This document shows positions 45,393-56,603 of a DNA stretch of 64,000 nucleotides, piece by piece (positions within the stretch are counted from its first letter, which is position 1; each line of letters starts with the position of its first letter). A model generated the notes under the pieces. It did not search any database and was not told where the DNA came from. It saw only the letters and a program-made list of their open reading frames with translations. The stretch comes from Dudresnaya verticillata (Eukaryota): the NCBI GenBank assembly GCA_977862235.1, contig OZ374565.1, positions 868,001 to 932,000 on the forward strand, written 5' to 3'. A program made the translations under genes and the position numbers.

Positions 45393-46362
45393 TGCGCGGG
45401 TGGGGAGCGCGGAGCGGATGGGGAGGGGTGGGGCAGGGTGGCGGTGATGCGATGTAAGACTCTATCAACGCGAATTAGTATGCAATACTGCACCGTGGAC
45501 TTGCTATTGCGGTGCCCATATGTGCTATATGGGAACGGAAATAGAACCCTTCTGGGTGGTGTATACCCCTTCGAAGGATACAACCTAACAGCGCAATACG
45601 CATTGGTATCGCAATTGTGCCAGGCACTTGGGCTGAAGATCAACGCCAACGCCCTTTACGCTGTCGCGGTTGGTTGCAAGTGTACCAGCCTCGGATCAGG
45701 GGCCATCCAAACCGCGAGCAGCCTCGCCTGACACTCACGCCGCGACGTACAACATGAGCTGTACATGAAGGACTAGCAAGCCGGTTCGTTCGCCGGTGGT
45801 GGAGCGACGGGCGTCTACGTGCGGCACTCTGCCTCGTGGCGCGGCATGGAGGATGAGCGGGTGGTGTCAGGAGAGCCGCGTCGCGTCAGCTCAGAAGTGT
45901 CCCGCGTAGGCGCTCTCTCCGTGCGGCGAGCGTGTCGCGAGCCGCGTGGGACACCTGAAACACCTGTCAGCTTCGATGCGGTGCATGCGGTGCTTTATAT
46001 CACAATTGTGCCCCGATTGTGCGCCGAATAACGGAATTTGTCACGTAATCGCCGCGGCGTATCTCTGTATATTCCGCTCTCCTCGCAGCGTTAAACTGTT
46101 TACCATCAACAACGTAAGCTGAGACAGCGTTCGGTCCCTCTCGATGCAGCCCCACTATTGCACTGCGAGTTGCTCCGCATGGCGAGCGCTTCGAAGTAAC
46201 TGCTTGCCCTACAACCCTCTGCGGTAGAATTTGCCCAAAAAACTATCTCAAAGTGAAACGTCAACTCTTTGAGATCAGAAGACTCTTGCGTTGCTCTTGA
46301 ATACACATACTGTCCGGATCACTCATCCCCATCGAGACCCCAATCCCGAAACCCCCGTCTTT

Positions 46363-48675
46363 CTAATTGTGAGCGCTGTCGAACCGCCGGAGGGCACTCT
46401 GACCAGCGACGTTCATGTGGAAGCTGTCAAACCTTCTTAGCGCGCTGAATGCACAATCTTGAGCCTGACTGTTTCCTTGAGAGATATCACGGCCTCCTCC
46501 AACTCGTGATGCAGCCACTTCAGCAAGCCCCAAATCCCTCAGCACAGGCCTACTAGCGCGAATGCTTTCAAGCCGCCGCAGCGCACTTGACGAGTATCCA
46601 AAGTTGGTCCTGCTCGGGTTACGCAACGCTCCCGTGCCAGACACCCTCGCATGGAAGCTATCCAACCGACGTAAAGCATTCATTTCAGCTGTGTTGTTCT
46701 CCGTAGAGCTAACATTTCCAGAGGGGTCCGCTTCAGGCCCAGACACCTCAGTGATTCTTGGACTGGCCGCCACATTCGATAGGCGAGTGTTGGCTTGAGA
46801 GTACTTCAGCTGTCGCGGAGCGCTCGGTGCAGGTAAGTCCACATGAAAGCTATCCAGACGACGCAAAGAACCGCACGAAGAGTTGACATGGGAGCTGTTG
46901 AAGCGTCGCAGGGCGCTGGAGTCAGATGCAGGCGGACGGGGCCCCTCGAGTGGGCGCGACCGATTTGAGATATTTGACTTCACTTCAGATCCATTTCGCA
47001 AACCGTGAGCATTCGATCCTGATGCATTTTGGTGAAAGCTGTGAAGAGGGCGAAGAGCACTTGGTGGAAAAAAGACTGCGTTGGACCCTGGGCGATTCGA
47101 GTATGACCTGGACAACGATCCGTCGGGGTGATTCGCATGCGGTTTTCCAAGATTGTGGTTGGCTCCAACCTTGAAGGGGTTCGAACTCTGGAACTGGGGC
47201 GAAGATAGCATCCGAGCGTGGTCGCGGGAAAAGCCAAGGGGGCTCTCCTGCTTGTCAAGAGATTTCAAATTGCTGAGCATTCGATGCGATTCTCTTGGGG
47301 AGGCTCTTGGGACTCTGAATCCCTTCGCAATGGTATCTGGATGGGTCGCAACAAGCTGTCGATCCGTAGCGGATGGCTTCAGTTCGTTTTTCGTTCGCAG
47401 CTGTTGCGACAGCAATCCTTGAAAGCGGTTGGAAGCAGACTCGCTATCTCGATAGAATCGGTTTGCACGAGTCCTTTCAGTATGCCAGTCATTCTGGATA
47501 GATGCCCCGGGCAAGTCTTCTGAAGTTGCCCGCTCTGATGGGTCAGAGCTGCTACCGACTGTTTCCGTAGCAAGTCGCAAGCTGAAGAAGCGACGGAGAT
47601 GAGAAGACCCAGAACCCCGGTTACCCATGACCGAGCTACTCAATCTCCGAAGTACATTGGATTGCAGGTTGCCACCGGTCTGTGACTCACTTGACATTCT
47701 ATTCCATTCTTCGTCGAGATTGGGGCTAGTGCTGGTGGCCATCTGCTCCGCTGGAGCCGGGCTTGCAAATCGCGGTCGGCGTCCAGATAAACTGAAGCTC
47801 CTAACCTCTCCGTTGGCCGCCAGCCTGGCCAATCTGCTTTTCTTGTCGTATGTAATAGTAGCCTTATTGTCATCTCGGCGAAGGAGGTCAGACGACATTC
47901 GTTCTCCATTCGGACTGGACGAGGTCTTCACTTGCTCTCTTGAATTCCGTCTAGAGTCAAAAGAAGTTGACCTGTTGAAAACACCACGAGTAGTTCTTGG
48001 TGACTCAAGCCATGGTGAGCGATCCTGAGGAACAGATCTTGAAGAAGGCTCAGAAATGGGAGTGCATGTCGACGTAATATCTTCTTCACCGAGGTCAGGG
48101 ACAGAGCGCTTTTCATGAGACCCTGATAGAAGCTTTGGGCGGATCATAAAAGACGGTTGCTTCCGTGGGGTCTCGATATTGCGAGATAGTAAATCGTGAC
48201 GACCCCACTCAGAGCGGACATTATCGATCTGGACTTGTTGCGGTCCAACCTCAACCCCCTTGCTCGTATCATGATGGCCAGAGCAACTCTGTGCATTGAA
48301 GTCGCTCTGAACTCGAAGCCTCTCTCCAGATGAGGTTTCACTTCCTTCAAGAACTGCACCAGAGAATGCCTCTGTGAGAGCCCGTCTCGAAAACTTCGAA
48401 GCGCTGCGCTGAGGTGCTTGCTCGCTATGCGAAGGCCTGGAACGTGCAAACGAGGTAGAGATTCGAGACACTCGGGCAGTATGAGAGCTCGGCAAGTGGC
48501 TTTCCGTGACGTCTGCGTCTGATGCTTCATCGACATGACCAGTACCAGTTGGGTTGGGGTCATGAGCAAGAAATGAGGCTTCCCTAGACGTCCCCCTACG
48601 AGAGGTACGCCGACCTGTGAGAGTTGCAAGAAGGCGTGAAAACCTTGGGTGCTTATTGCGTCTCCTCTCGGACAT
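46363..48675 (-). CDS. Ser/Arg-rich, largely disordered protein with C-terminal SALRR(L/F)DSFH repeats, 770 aa
   Basis: Uninterrupted 2.3-kb ORF; peptide repeats conserved at protein level. Confidence 0.78.
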   Translation of the reverse strand: MSERRRNKHPRFSRLLATLTGRRTSRRGTSREASFLAHDPNPTGTGHVDEASDADVTESHLPSSHTARVSRISTSFARSRPSHSEQAPQRSASKFSRRALTEAFSGAVLEGSETSSGERLRVQSDFNAQSCSGHHDTSKGVEVGPQQVQIDNVRSEWGRHDLLSRNIETPRKQPSFMIRPKLLSGSHEKRSVPDLGEEDITSTCTPISEPSSRSVPQDRSPWLESPRTTRGVFNRSTSFDSRRNSREQVKTSSSPNGERMSSDLLRRDDNKATITYDKKSRLARLAANGEVRSFSLSGRRPRFASPAPAEQMATSTSPNLDEEWNRMSSESQTGGNLQSNVLRRLSSSVMGNRGSGSSHLRRFFSLRLATETVGSSSDPSERATSEDLPGASIQNDWHTERTRANRFYRDSESASNRFQGLLSQQLRTKNELKPSATDRQLVATHPDTIAKGFRVPRASPRESHRMLSNLKSLDKQESPLGFSRDHARMLSSPQFQSSNPFKVGANHNLGKPHANHPDGSLSRSYSNRPGSNAVFFPPSALRPLHSFHQNASGSNAHGLRNGSEVKSNISNRSRPLEGPRPPASDSSALRRFNSSHVNSSCGSLRRLDSFHVDLPAPSAPRQLKYSQANTRLSNVAASPRITEVSGPEADPSGNVSSTENNTAEMNALRRLDSFHARVSGTGALRNPSRTNFGYSSSALRRLESIRASRPVLRDLGLAEVAASRVGGGRDISQGNSQAQDCAFSALRRFDSFHMNVAGQSALRRFDSAHN

Positions 48676-49759
48676 GTCGAATTCTCAAAGCCTCGTCAAT
48701 CAAACCGGGTTGCTCACTAAGAGAGCAGTTGAGAATCTCAACCAGTGTGCTTGGCGGTAGGGAAGATGCTCCAGGACAGCTTCAGCGCGAGAACGGAACT
48801 TGATTGTCCGGGGTGAGTTGAAAACAGAAAATGAGGGGACACAAAACGAGAGGCTCTTGCGTGCAAACTAGACGTAACTGTGTGCCAAGAACGTGCGACG
48901 AAGATCCTCTCAGATGGCATGCATTAAGGACGAAGCTTGGTGATGTCGCATGTGTTTGGAGCTTGCTCTCTACCGTGCCGGTCCGAAGGAGGGGGAGGAA
49001 AACCTCTGAGCAGAACAGGGTTCCCGTTTGGTATCGAGTAGAGATCCGAGGGGAAAAAAACTGGTCAAGTCGGGATTGAAGGGCGAGGGCAGGCGTTGTA
49101 ATGGATTTCGTGAAGAAGAAATATGCTGTGCGATCGACAGCCGCGACGTCAAAAACAGGGCCCACATCGTCGAGAGAAACCTGGCCCGAATACCAGCCGG
49201 ACAAGCAAGAAGGGTACAAAGACCTAATGCAAAGGCCGCTTGCTGCGAAGTGGCCCGGCCACATTCGTCGAAGGCTTTGCGAAAAAGACCGACCTTTTCC
49301 CGCGAGTTGGTGCATTGTGTCGGAAAAGTCTTTTCAAAGACCTCCACCAGTGTCTAAACCAGGCGTAAGGACTGCAGCGAAAAACTCTAGAAAGCAAACA
49401 GTTGCGGCTTAAACAGTACTACTTGAATTAGGCTAGTTCAGTTGCGCCTGTTTTGTTCGCGAGTAAATGCGCCTAGTAGCGAGGGTAGGAATGAAGATTT
49501 TGTTATCGGAGCTTGATGCTAAAAGACTTTACATATGGAAACCTGCGAACTGCAGTTCGCCACAGAGATATCCCCCTAAAAGCTTGATATCTCTTTGCCC
49601 AGAGATGCTACTTGAATCGTTCATTAATTCTACGTTCGAGGGCTAATCGGTTCAAGACCTGTACTGGTTTCTACTACGAAATGCTGTTCATATCACTTGG
49701 AAGCTCAACAACGCATAAGCTCTTATTCTTATCCGTCGAGAGGAACGGATCGGATGCTC

Positions 49760-49847
49760 GCATTATGCTTTTGACGGCATCCATGTGAGTTGAGACTCTA
49801 TGCGAGTCGCATACTTACACACATGGATGCCGTCAAAAGCATAACGC
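49760..49847. repeat. Intergenic hairpin with a perfect 25-bp stem (pre-miRNA-like)
   Basis: TTATGCTTTTGACGGCATCCATGTG (49763-49787) is the exact reverse complement of 49820-49844. Inner pairing GACTC/GAGTC closes a 5-nt loop. Confidence 0.85.
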
Positions 49848-51805
49848 AGTCGCTTAAGAAGTTGTCTACGGCAGGTTTCAAAGTACATAGGGCGGAGCTA
49901 CATGTTATTCGCACAGGAACTGGGACCCGCTTTAGGTCTCTCCATTTCCAAACACACAGTAGACCTTCCGTTGGTGTAGGAGAATCCCCTTGTCACGTGG
50001 TGACACATCTCCTTTCGTATACACATCTTCAATTTAGTTTTGTCCAAGCGGTGAACGTGTCTTTCCGCTTGCAGGAAGACCTTCGCGGCTTGGATGTGGT
50101 GTGGGATGACAGTTCTTTTTCTGATTCATGCATCTGCATCTGTTTCGACCTCACTATTATTTCTCCTTCTATTCTCGCTCTATGTCTAGTGTTAGTGTTG
50201 TGAGTTGCTGCGCATGAAAGACGAAGTATTTTTTGATGAAACGAGGAGCTGCCGATATACTCTTCGCTTCCTTCTCTAACGGTGGAACTAGGAACTAGTC
50301 CGGTTGGTTAACATCGTGGCGTTTTTCTAGCTGAACACAGTATTTTTTTGTTGTATTGGAGGGTAAAGCCACAAGAGTTAGAAATCGATCATTGTTGTAC
50401 TCGGGTAAGAAGTAAGAAGGCATGCACCCAAAAAAGAACCGAGTTGAAAAGTTTGAACCTTTCTGTGTGACGCAGGTATTTCTTGCTAGCCACTGTTTGA
50501 AAGCTTTTGTATATGTCAGTGAAGAGGGCCAATCTTGCCGACAGAAATCAGACGCACTAATGAGCGGGTCTGACGAGACTTCAAGTAGTGAGTAGCAGGT
50601 AACAGTATTTCCGTTAGCACGGCTACAAGGACAATATCTGTCTGAAGACGAGACAAGAATCAGCTTGTCGAAGAGGAGACTGACGATGAGCCGTTGCGGA
50701 AAAAGAACACACTTTCCACGCCCGTCATTCGTGCCGGGGATATCGATTTGAACTAGGATGTCTGCTTCCATAAGAATAATTCTAAGAGCACCTCTAAAAG
50801 AGTTCTCTTCTGAAAGTTTCTCAAGCCCCTGTTGCAAATGTCGTGATACATGATACAGCAGTGCTCTGATATTTCATGCCTTTCTTGCGGGTAATGCGCC
50901 TATTATCAAAGCAGAGATGGCGGAATCATGCACAAACCTTGAAGGCAAGAATGTATTTCCTTGGCTTGCGGCAGCAACCATTGTCTGGATGGATGGGTTC
51001 AAGAATAGACAGAGACTGTTGGTCTGACGATGATGCTCTAGATACTCTCAAGCACTCTCGAGGCGTGAGCAGACCATTCTGTGGCAGCAAACGACGCAAA
51101 ACGGATCGTCAATTGCGCTGAACTCAAAAGCCTGAATTCTTTGTTGACGGGCTACCTCGACCAATCAGCGAGATGTCACATGCGACGTGCAATCCGCTGC
51201 CTTTTGGCACCACTCTGTCCACAAGCTTTTCGCGACGTCAATGCTTCTCTACTCGAGGATTCTTGTGAAGAGCGAGAGAATGGGGAGAATGGATAACGTT
51301 ATAGGGGGTTACGAGGAGCTCTACAAACCTCCTTCCAGACGGCAAGAAGAAAAAGAAACTTCACGTACTGTGACTTCGGCAAGCGAGGCACAAGCAGTTT
51401 AAAACCCTTCTTGTGAAGAGTCTGTTTAGCCTTCCACGCTGTTTCTACACATCTTCTGGAAGGGCGCAACTACTGCAGCATGGGTTCACCTGTACTCGGC
51501 ACCAGGCGGCGATGTCTGCGACGGGTTGGGGCACCGATATATCACGCGATACTGCAAGGCTGCGTGCACGTGCTGTCAAAAAATATATATGGGAGGTGGA
51601 GGCAAGGAGGTTTCAGGGCGACGATTGCTGACACTTCTCGCTGGGAGGGTAGGGGTTGTGATGTTGATCAAGTGGAAAGGTCATGATGGGTGCATGCTGC
51701 AGCAGAGATCGATATGTGGCTGCGGCCTAGCCAGATAAACCAGTCGAGAGACCAATGGCGAGAGGTTGCAACTGAAGCTACATCAAGGTCCTATGCTTCT
51801 AGACT

Positions 51806-52012
51806 TGAGAGAGACCGAGAGAGACTTTTAATTTGTTGATGGTTAAGGGGATCAACTGAAATGTAGGCACCGCCATATTCACCACCGTCGAGCACGCGTG
51901 GTCCCGTGATTGAGAGAGACTGAGAGAGAGTTTTAATCTGTTGATGGTTAAGGGGATCACGGGACCACGCGCTCGACGGTGGTGAAAAATGGCGGTGTCT
52001 ACATTCCAGTTG
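51806..52012. repeat. Composite direct + inverted repeat
   Basis: ~57-bp imperfect inverted arms (51853-51910 / 51956-52012) around a ~45-bp spacer that also occurs as a direct repeat at 51806-51853. Confidence 0.85.
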
Positions 52013-53567
52013 CATTGGGTCAGAGGCAGTACGTGTTGGGCGTTCTTGAAAACGAATGTCACCGGCAGCCCGTTGGACCGCTTGTAAGGAGGGCCAGTTG
52101 CAGCTTCCTAGCGGTGCACCTGTGTCTTGTGATCTTGTATCTACAAGTCAAGTGTTTCGCGGGACGTTAGGGACCGAGGGCTACGCTACCAGGCTGGGAC
52201 GAGGGCGTGCGAGTAGCAGGGGCGCCAGCAGCCCGTTTGGAAGGTGCGAAGGCGGGTTGGGCCTTGGGGATTTGTTAGCGCGACGGCGTAGCGATATCGT
52301 GCAGCAGGCGTGTGGTTGTGGCGGCGGCGAGCGAGAACGGGAGGGTGGTGACGAGTTTCCGGCGTGGAGGGGACGCGATGTGTCCCTCGCAGTCCGAAAC
52401 TTCCCTACTGTGCGCGCGGCGTCGCTCGTTGACCCGCTCTCAGCTCGGCGGCGGAGGCGCTTGTGACAGCTGAGGGGAGCGGCCGCCAGTGGCAACAGCC
52501 AACGGCGCGTGGCGCAGTGGCGCAGCGGCGCAGCGGCGCGGCGCGTGAGCGCTGCGCATGTGCCGCGCGGCGGCCGACGCACCAATGGGCGCGCCGCGCG
52601 TGTAGCCCGCGCGTCGAAGTCGCGTCCGCCGCTGTCGGCCAGAAACAGAAACGACTGAGATCGCTGCGCCCGCGCTCTCGTCGGGTGGTGTGCCCTGTGC
52701 TGCGCTCGGGAGCTCACGCACACGCTTTCACGCGGAAACATTAAAGCCGAGCTCACCCCGCCTTGTCTGCTCCACCAGAACACGTCCGTGCAAGTAACAA
52801 ACACACACACAACCAAAACCACTACACTACCTACTTTTACTCCCAAAGCGAGAGAGAACGAGACAGATAGAGGTAGAGAGATACAAACAAGGCAGGAGAA
52901 GGGGGAGGGCCCCGAGGGCACGCTCACATCCCTCCCCATAACATTCTGCCAGTCCAGACTAGTCCAGACCAATTCTCAAACTGTGACGCCTTGCGCTCAA
53001 GCGATGAGCCCCGTCCCTTTATCACCAAGCGCTGCCTCACCCTCGCCCCCACTCACACATTCCCGCGCTTGCCCCGAGCCGCGCTTGCCTACCTGCACTT
53101 GCTTGTGTGCAGCCCAAGCCTACTCATCGATCATTGCCTGTGCCCCATCTTCTCCGACATTCCACTTCCAATCCACAACAATCACTCCAATATTAGTCGC
53201 TGTCTCCAACTTGATTCACTTTCACTTTACTGTCGTCCTTGTCCTTTCTTCCATTCCAATTGCATGTGTGAGTGGGTGCGCGTGTGTGCGTGCTTGCGCG
53301 AGTGCGTGCGTCTCTGAGCCTGTTGGTGTGTGTGACGTATAAAAAAAAGCTTCCCAAACCTTATCTCCGGACTTCCCCCAACTCCCTCCGCGAACCCCAA
53401 CTTGACAAGTGCAGCATCAACGAAATCCCAGACGCTGACCAATGTAACAATGGCGTGCCAAAACAAATCGGCAACAACAATAACAATAACAACACGCAAA
53501 CGCCAACACCCATAGCACGCCATTCTTTCTTTCCTCTTCAATTACTCAAGACATTCCGCTTGTGTCC

Positions 53568-56411
53568 TTAAGACTCCGAAATGTTACTCGACCGATCCAT
53601 TAGGCCGTTTCCATTCCCACCATTCTTCGACCACCCCTTCGGACCTCCAAGTGCCCAAGCACCCTTCGGCGCAGTCTGAGATCCCTGCTCGGCTTTCCCG
53701 ACCTTTACCGCATTCATCAACTTGCCCTGACCCGCACTCCCAGATTCCAAAGATAGCTGGTTCACGTCCGGTACGTCACTTCCACTGGATCCAGAGTCTG
53801 CAAGAGCCTTCCCGGCGATTTTCATGCTCATCTCAGAGCTCTCAATTTGGCCATTACCTGCCACACTGCGAATCACACCCTCGACAGCGCCTCGTCTCTC
53901 TCCAGCGCTCTCGTCAGAAGCCTGCTGCTGCTGCTGCTGTGCTGCAATCGCATTTCCCTTTCCCTGGTCACCAAGATTGGAGCTCACAACACCCTGTCGA
54001 ATAGTAGACGGCGTCGAACCGGCTGCTTGGAACAACGACTTGGGCTTGTTTGCCCACACCGAGTGCGGCCGGCTTGCTTCTGGCCCAGCTCGCCCTTTCC
54101 TAGCCTCGCTTGAGACAAAATCTTTTCCAGTCACGTTTCCGGCACTGGACACGCTGCTAGACTTGTCCATAACTCTGGCCCCGTTCGGCGCACCTGCACC
54201 ACCCTCCACCAAAGTTTCCTTCGGCATGTCTCCATTGGCTAGATGCAGAGCAGAGCTGCTGTTCGATTTTCTCCGGCGGGGAAAACGGTCCTTGCCCACA
54301 GCAACATTACCATCTGCAGATCCAGTCGTGTCCGCAGACTTGGATGACGAATCCGAGGTTCCCCGCTGCAACGCATTTGCAGGTTTTGGGGACGGTAATG
54401 TAGCCGGCTTCTTGGATCGAAGAATCGCCGCATACGACAGGGTCGAGCCATGCCCATTGCCCGTGGTTGTACTCCGCTCAACCGCCACCACCTTTTGGAA
54501 AACGGCCTTACTGGTATCCTTTTGAGTATTGCTGCTATCCACATTCCCAGTGGGATCAGCAGCCGTACCCGCAGGCTGCAATACAGCAGCAGTCATGTTC
54601 TCAACAAAACCTGTTGTATCGTTCCCACCAGTCACATCTGCAACACTTTCCTTGTGATCAGCAGCAACGTCTCCGCCTACTCCATTTGGCTCAGCATTCG
54701 CGGAAGGCTGCTCCAAACAACCAACCTTTTCCGCCGATTCCGATCCAGACCCGGAACCGATGCTGGGATCAATGCCGTTTGCAATGGAGACCTCCTGCTT
54801 TCCATCTCCTGGGGCACCAGAGCTTGCCATCACAGATGAGGCAGGGCCTGCAACAGTTGCACCCTTCGCATCCTTGTCACCTTGTGACTTTGGCAAGACA
54901 CCATCGGCCATCGGTAGCGGCGGAAAGTGCATTGAATTAAGATTCGGCTCTGGACGACGTTCTTCCTTTCTTCTATCGTCCCTGCCACCTGGCGAGTTGC
55001 CCTCCCTCGAATCGAACCCACGATCATTTCGATCGTGTCGACCATTGTTTCCACGGCCGCCCTTCTTCCCCTTTCTCGGCGGACCGCGTCCGGAATCGAC
55101 AGAGTTCATCCGCGGGCCACCGCCACGGCCGCCATCACGCAGGCGCATGCCAGTGTGATGTTGCCGTCTATAGCCGCCCATCATGGGGTCCGGCCCGAGA
55201 CCACCGCGTTGCATGTAGTGCCCGTCCATGCCCTGCTGCTTGACCGGCAGCATTCCCGACGCGTCCATCTGCCCACTCATGAGTGGCATTTGCATCTGAC
55301 CCGAGTAGCGTGCGGCGTCCACCGACAGCATGTGGGTTCCGGAAGACGCCATAGGCGCCGATCCATCGGTGGGGGTGCCCGACTCGCCACCCTCTGCGGC
55401 TTGCTCGGAAGCGGCCGCCGGATCCGTTGCGACACCTTGGGCTGCAGATGGGCCCGATCTGGACGCAGCCTCCCCCTGCTGCGTACCAGAGGTTCCTCCT
55501 TGTTGCTCTTGCTGCTGCTGCTGCTGTTGCTGCTGTTGCTGCTGCTGCTGTTGGGCGGCACCCCCCACGTTTCCGTGCTGCATCTGCATGGAATGCGGAT
55601 CGTATGGGTGGTGCTGCTGCGGATAGGCACCGACAAAACCCTGAGGCGGAAGGCGGCTATGCGGAAGAAACTGGCGCGTTACGACGTGCGAAGTGTACGT
55701 GGCGGCGGGGGCGACATACGGATAGGCATAGGCGTGCGGGACAGGGTCATGCAGCGGGAGCGGCATGCCCATGGGCGAGACAAAGGCCGAGGAATGCGGA
55801 GACGGGGGAGCGTAGACGGGTGCTCCAGCGACAGCAGCGGCCACGGCCGCGGTGTTGGGCGGGGGTGCGGAAGCGTCTGCGGGGGGCTTTGGCGGGGCGG
55901 CCTGGAGATCGGCCGGGCCGCGGGTCATGGGGTCGATGTGGACCTCTGCGCAGATGGGGCGTCCGTGCAAGGACTTTCCCTGGACGAGCGGGAGGGCTGC
56001 CTGAGCGCCGGCCGGGGTCTCGTAGACGGCAAACCAGGCGGTGTCCGAGGCCGGGTGGACCGAGACCAGGCCGGCGGGGGCGTCCGGGGCGGACGGGGAG
56101 AGCAGGGCCAGGACGTCGTCCAGACGGGTGGGCGGGGCGAGGTCGGACAGGACCAAGGTGGAGCGGCGGGCCCAGGCCGGGCGGATGCGGGTCGAGGTTT
56201 GGTCGACCTCGACAATGGTGGAGCGGTGCGACAGCAGGGCGGCGACCATGCGCGGGTCTGTGGCGCCCAGGCGGATCATCTTGGGGAAGGCGAGGATTAT
56301 GGAGAGGTCGACCCAGAGATCGCGGTCCATCTGGTTCTTGAGGTAGACATCCGAGAGGAGGTTGACGCGGCCCAGGTACCACTCGACCTGGGCGACGATG
56401 GCGTCCTCCAT
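53568..56411 (-). CDS. La-related RNA-binding protein (La motif + RRM, LARP4-like), ~947 aa
   Basis: La motif MEDAIVAQVEWYLGRVNLLSDVYLKNQMDRDLWVDLSIILAFPKM. Adjacent RRM STLVLSDL..WFAVYET. Poly-Q, RGG region, HFPPLP and LSYAAIL motifs. First plausible ATG at 56411. Confidence 0.9.
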   Translation of the reverse strand: MEDAIVAQVEWYLGRVNLLSDVYLKNQMDRDLWVDLSIILAFPKMIRLGATDPRMVAALLSHRSTIVEVDQTSTRIRPAWARRSTLVLSDLAPPTRLDDVLALLSPSAPDAPAGLVSVHPASDTAWFAVYETPAGAQAALPLVQGKSLHGRPICAEVHIDPMTRGPADLQAAPPKPPADASAPPPNTAAVAAAVAGAPVYAPPSPHSSAFVSPMGMPLPLHDPVPHAYAYPYVAPAATYTSHVVTRQFLPHSRLPPQGFVGAYPQQHHPYDPHSMQMQHGNVGGAAQQQQQQQQQQQQQQQEQQGGTSGTQQGEAASRSGPSAAQGVATDPAAASEQAAEGGESGTPTDGSAPMASSGTHMLSVDAARYSGQMQMPLMSGQMDASGMLPVKQQGMDGHYMQRGGLGPDPMMGGYRRQHHTGMRLRDGGRGGGPRMNSVDSGRGPPRKGKKGGRGNNGRHDRNDRGFDSREGNSPGGRDDRRKEERRPEPNLNSMHFPPLPMADGVLPKSQGDKDAKGATVAGPASSVMASSGAPGDGKQEVSIANGIDPSIGSGSGSESAEKVGCLEQPSANAEPNGVGGDVAADHKESVADVTGGNDTTGFVENMTAAVLQPAGTAADPTGNVDSSNTQKDTSKAVFQKVVAVERSTTTGNGHGSTLSYAAILRSKKPATLPSPKPANALQRGTSDSSSKSADTTGSADGNVAVGKDRFPRRRKSNSSSALHLANGDMPKETLVEGGAGAPNGARVMDKSSSVSSAGNVTGKDFVSSEARKGRAGPEASRPHSVWANKPKSLFQAAGSTPSTIRQGVVSSNLGDQGKGNAIAAQQQQQQASDESAGERRGAVEGVIRSVAGNGQIESSEMSMKIAGKALADSGSSGSDVPDVNQLSLESGSAGQGKLMNAVKVGKAEQGSQTAPKGAWALGGPKGWSKNGGNGNGLMDRSSNISES

Positions 56412-56541
56412 GACGACGACGGGTGTGTGTGTGAGTGTGTGTGTGTATTGGGGGGGGGATGTGTGTGTTTGTGTGTGCGGAGAGAGAGGCGGAAGAGCGA
56501 AAGAAAGAGAGCGAGAGGGGGCGAACGGGAAAGGGGGCGGC

Positions 56542-56543
<2 letters not shown>

Positions 56544-56603
<60 letters not shown>
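56544..56603. repeat. (GGC)20 trinucleotide microsatellite upstream of the LARP start codon
   Basis: Pure run read directly from the sequence. Confidence 0.95.

Noticed and set aside
48700..53500. Short ORFs (60-260 aa) in the intergenic stretch
   Set aside because: No motifs or consistent coding signal; the right part looks like the microsatellite-rich LARP 3' UTR and GC-rich non-coding DNA.
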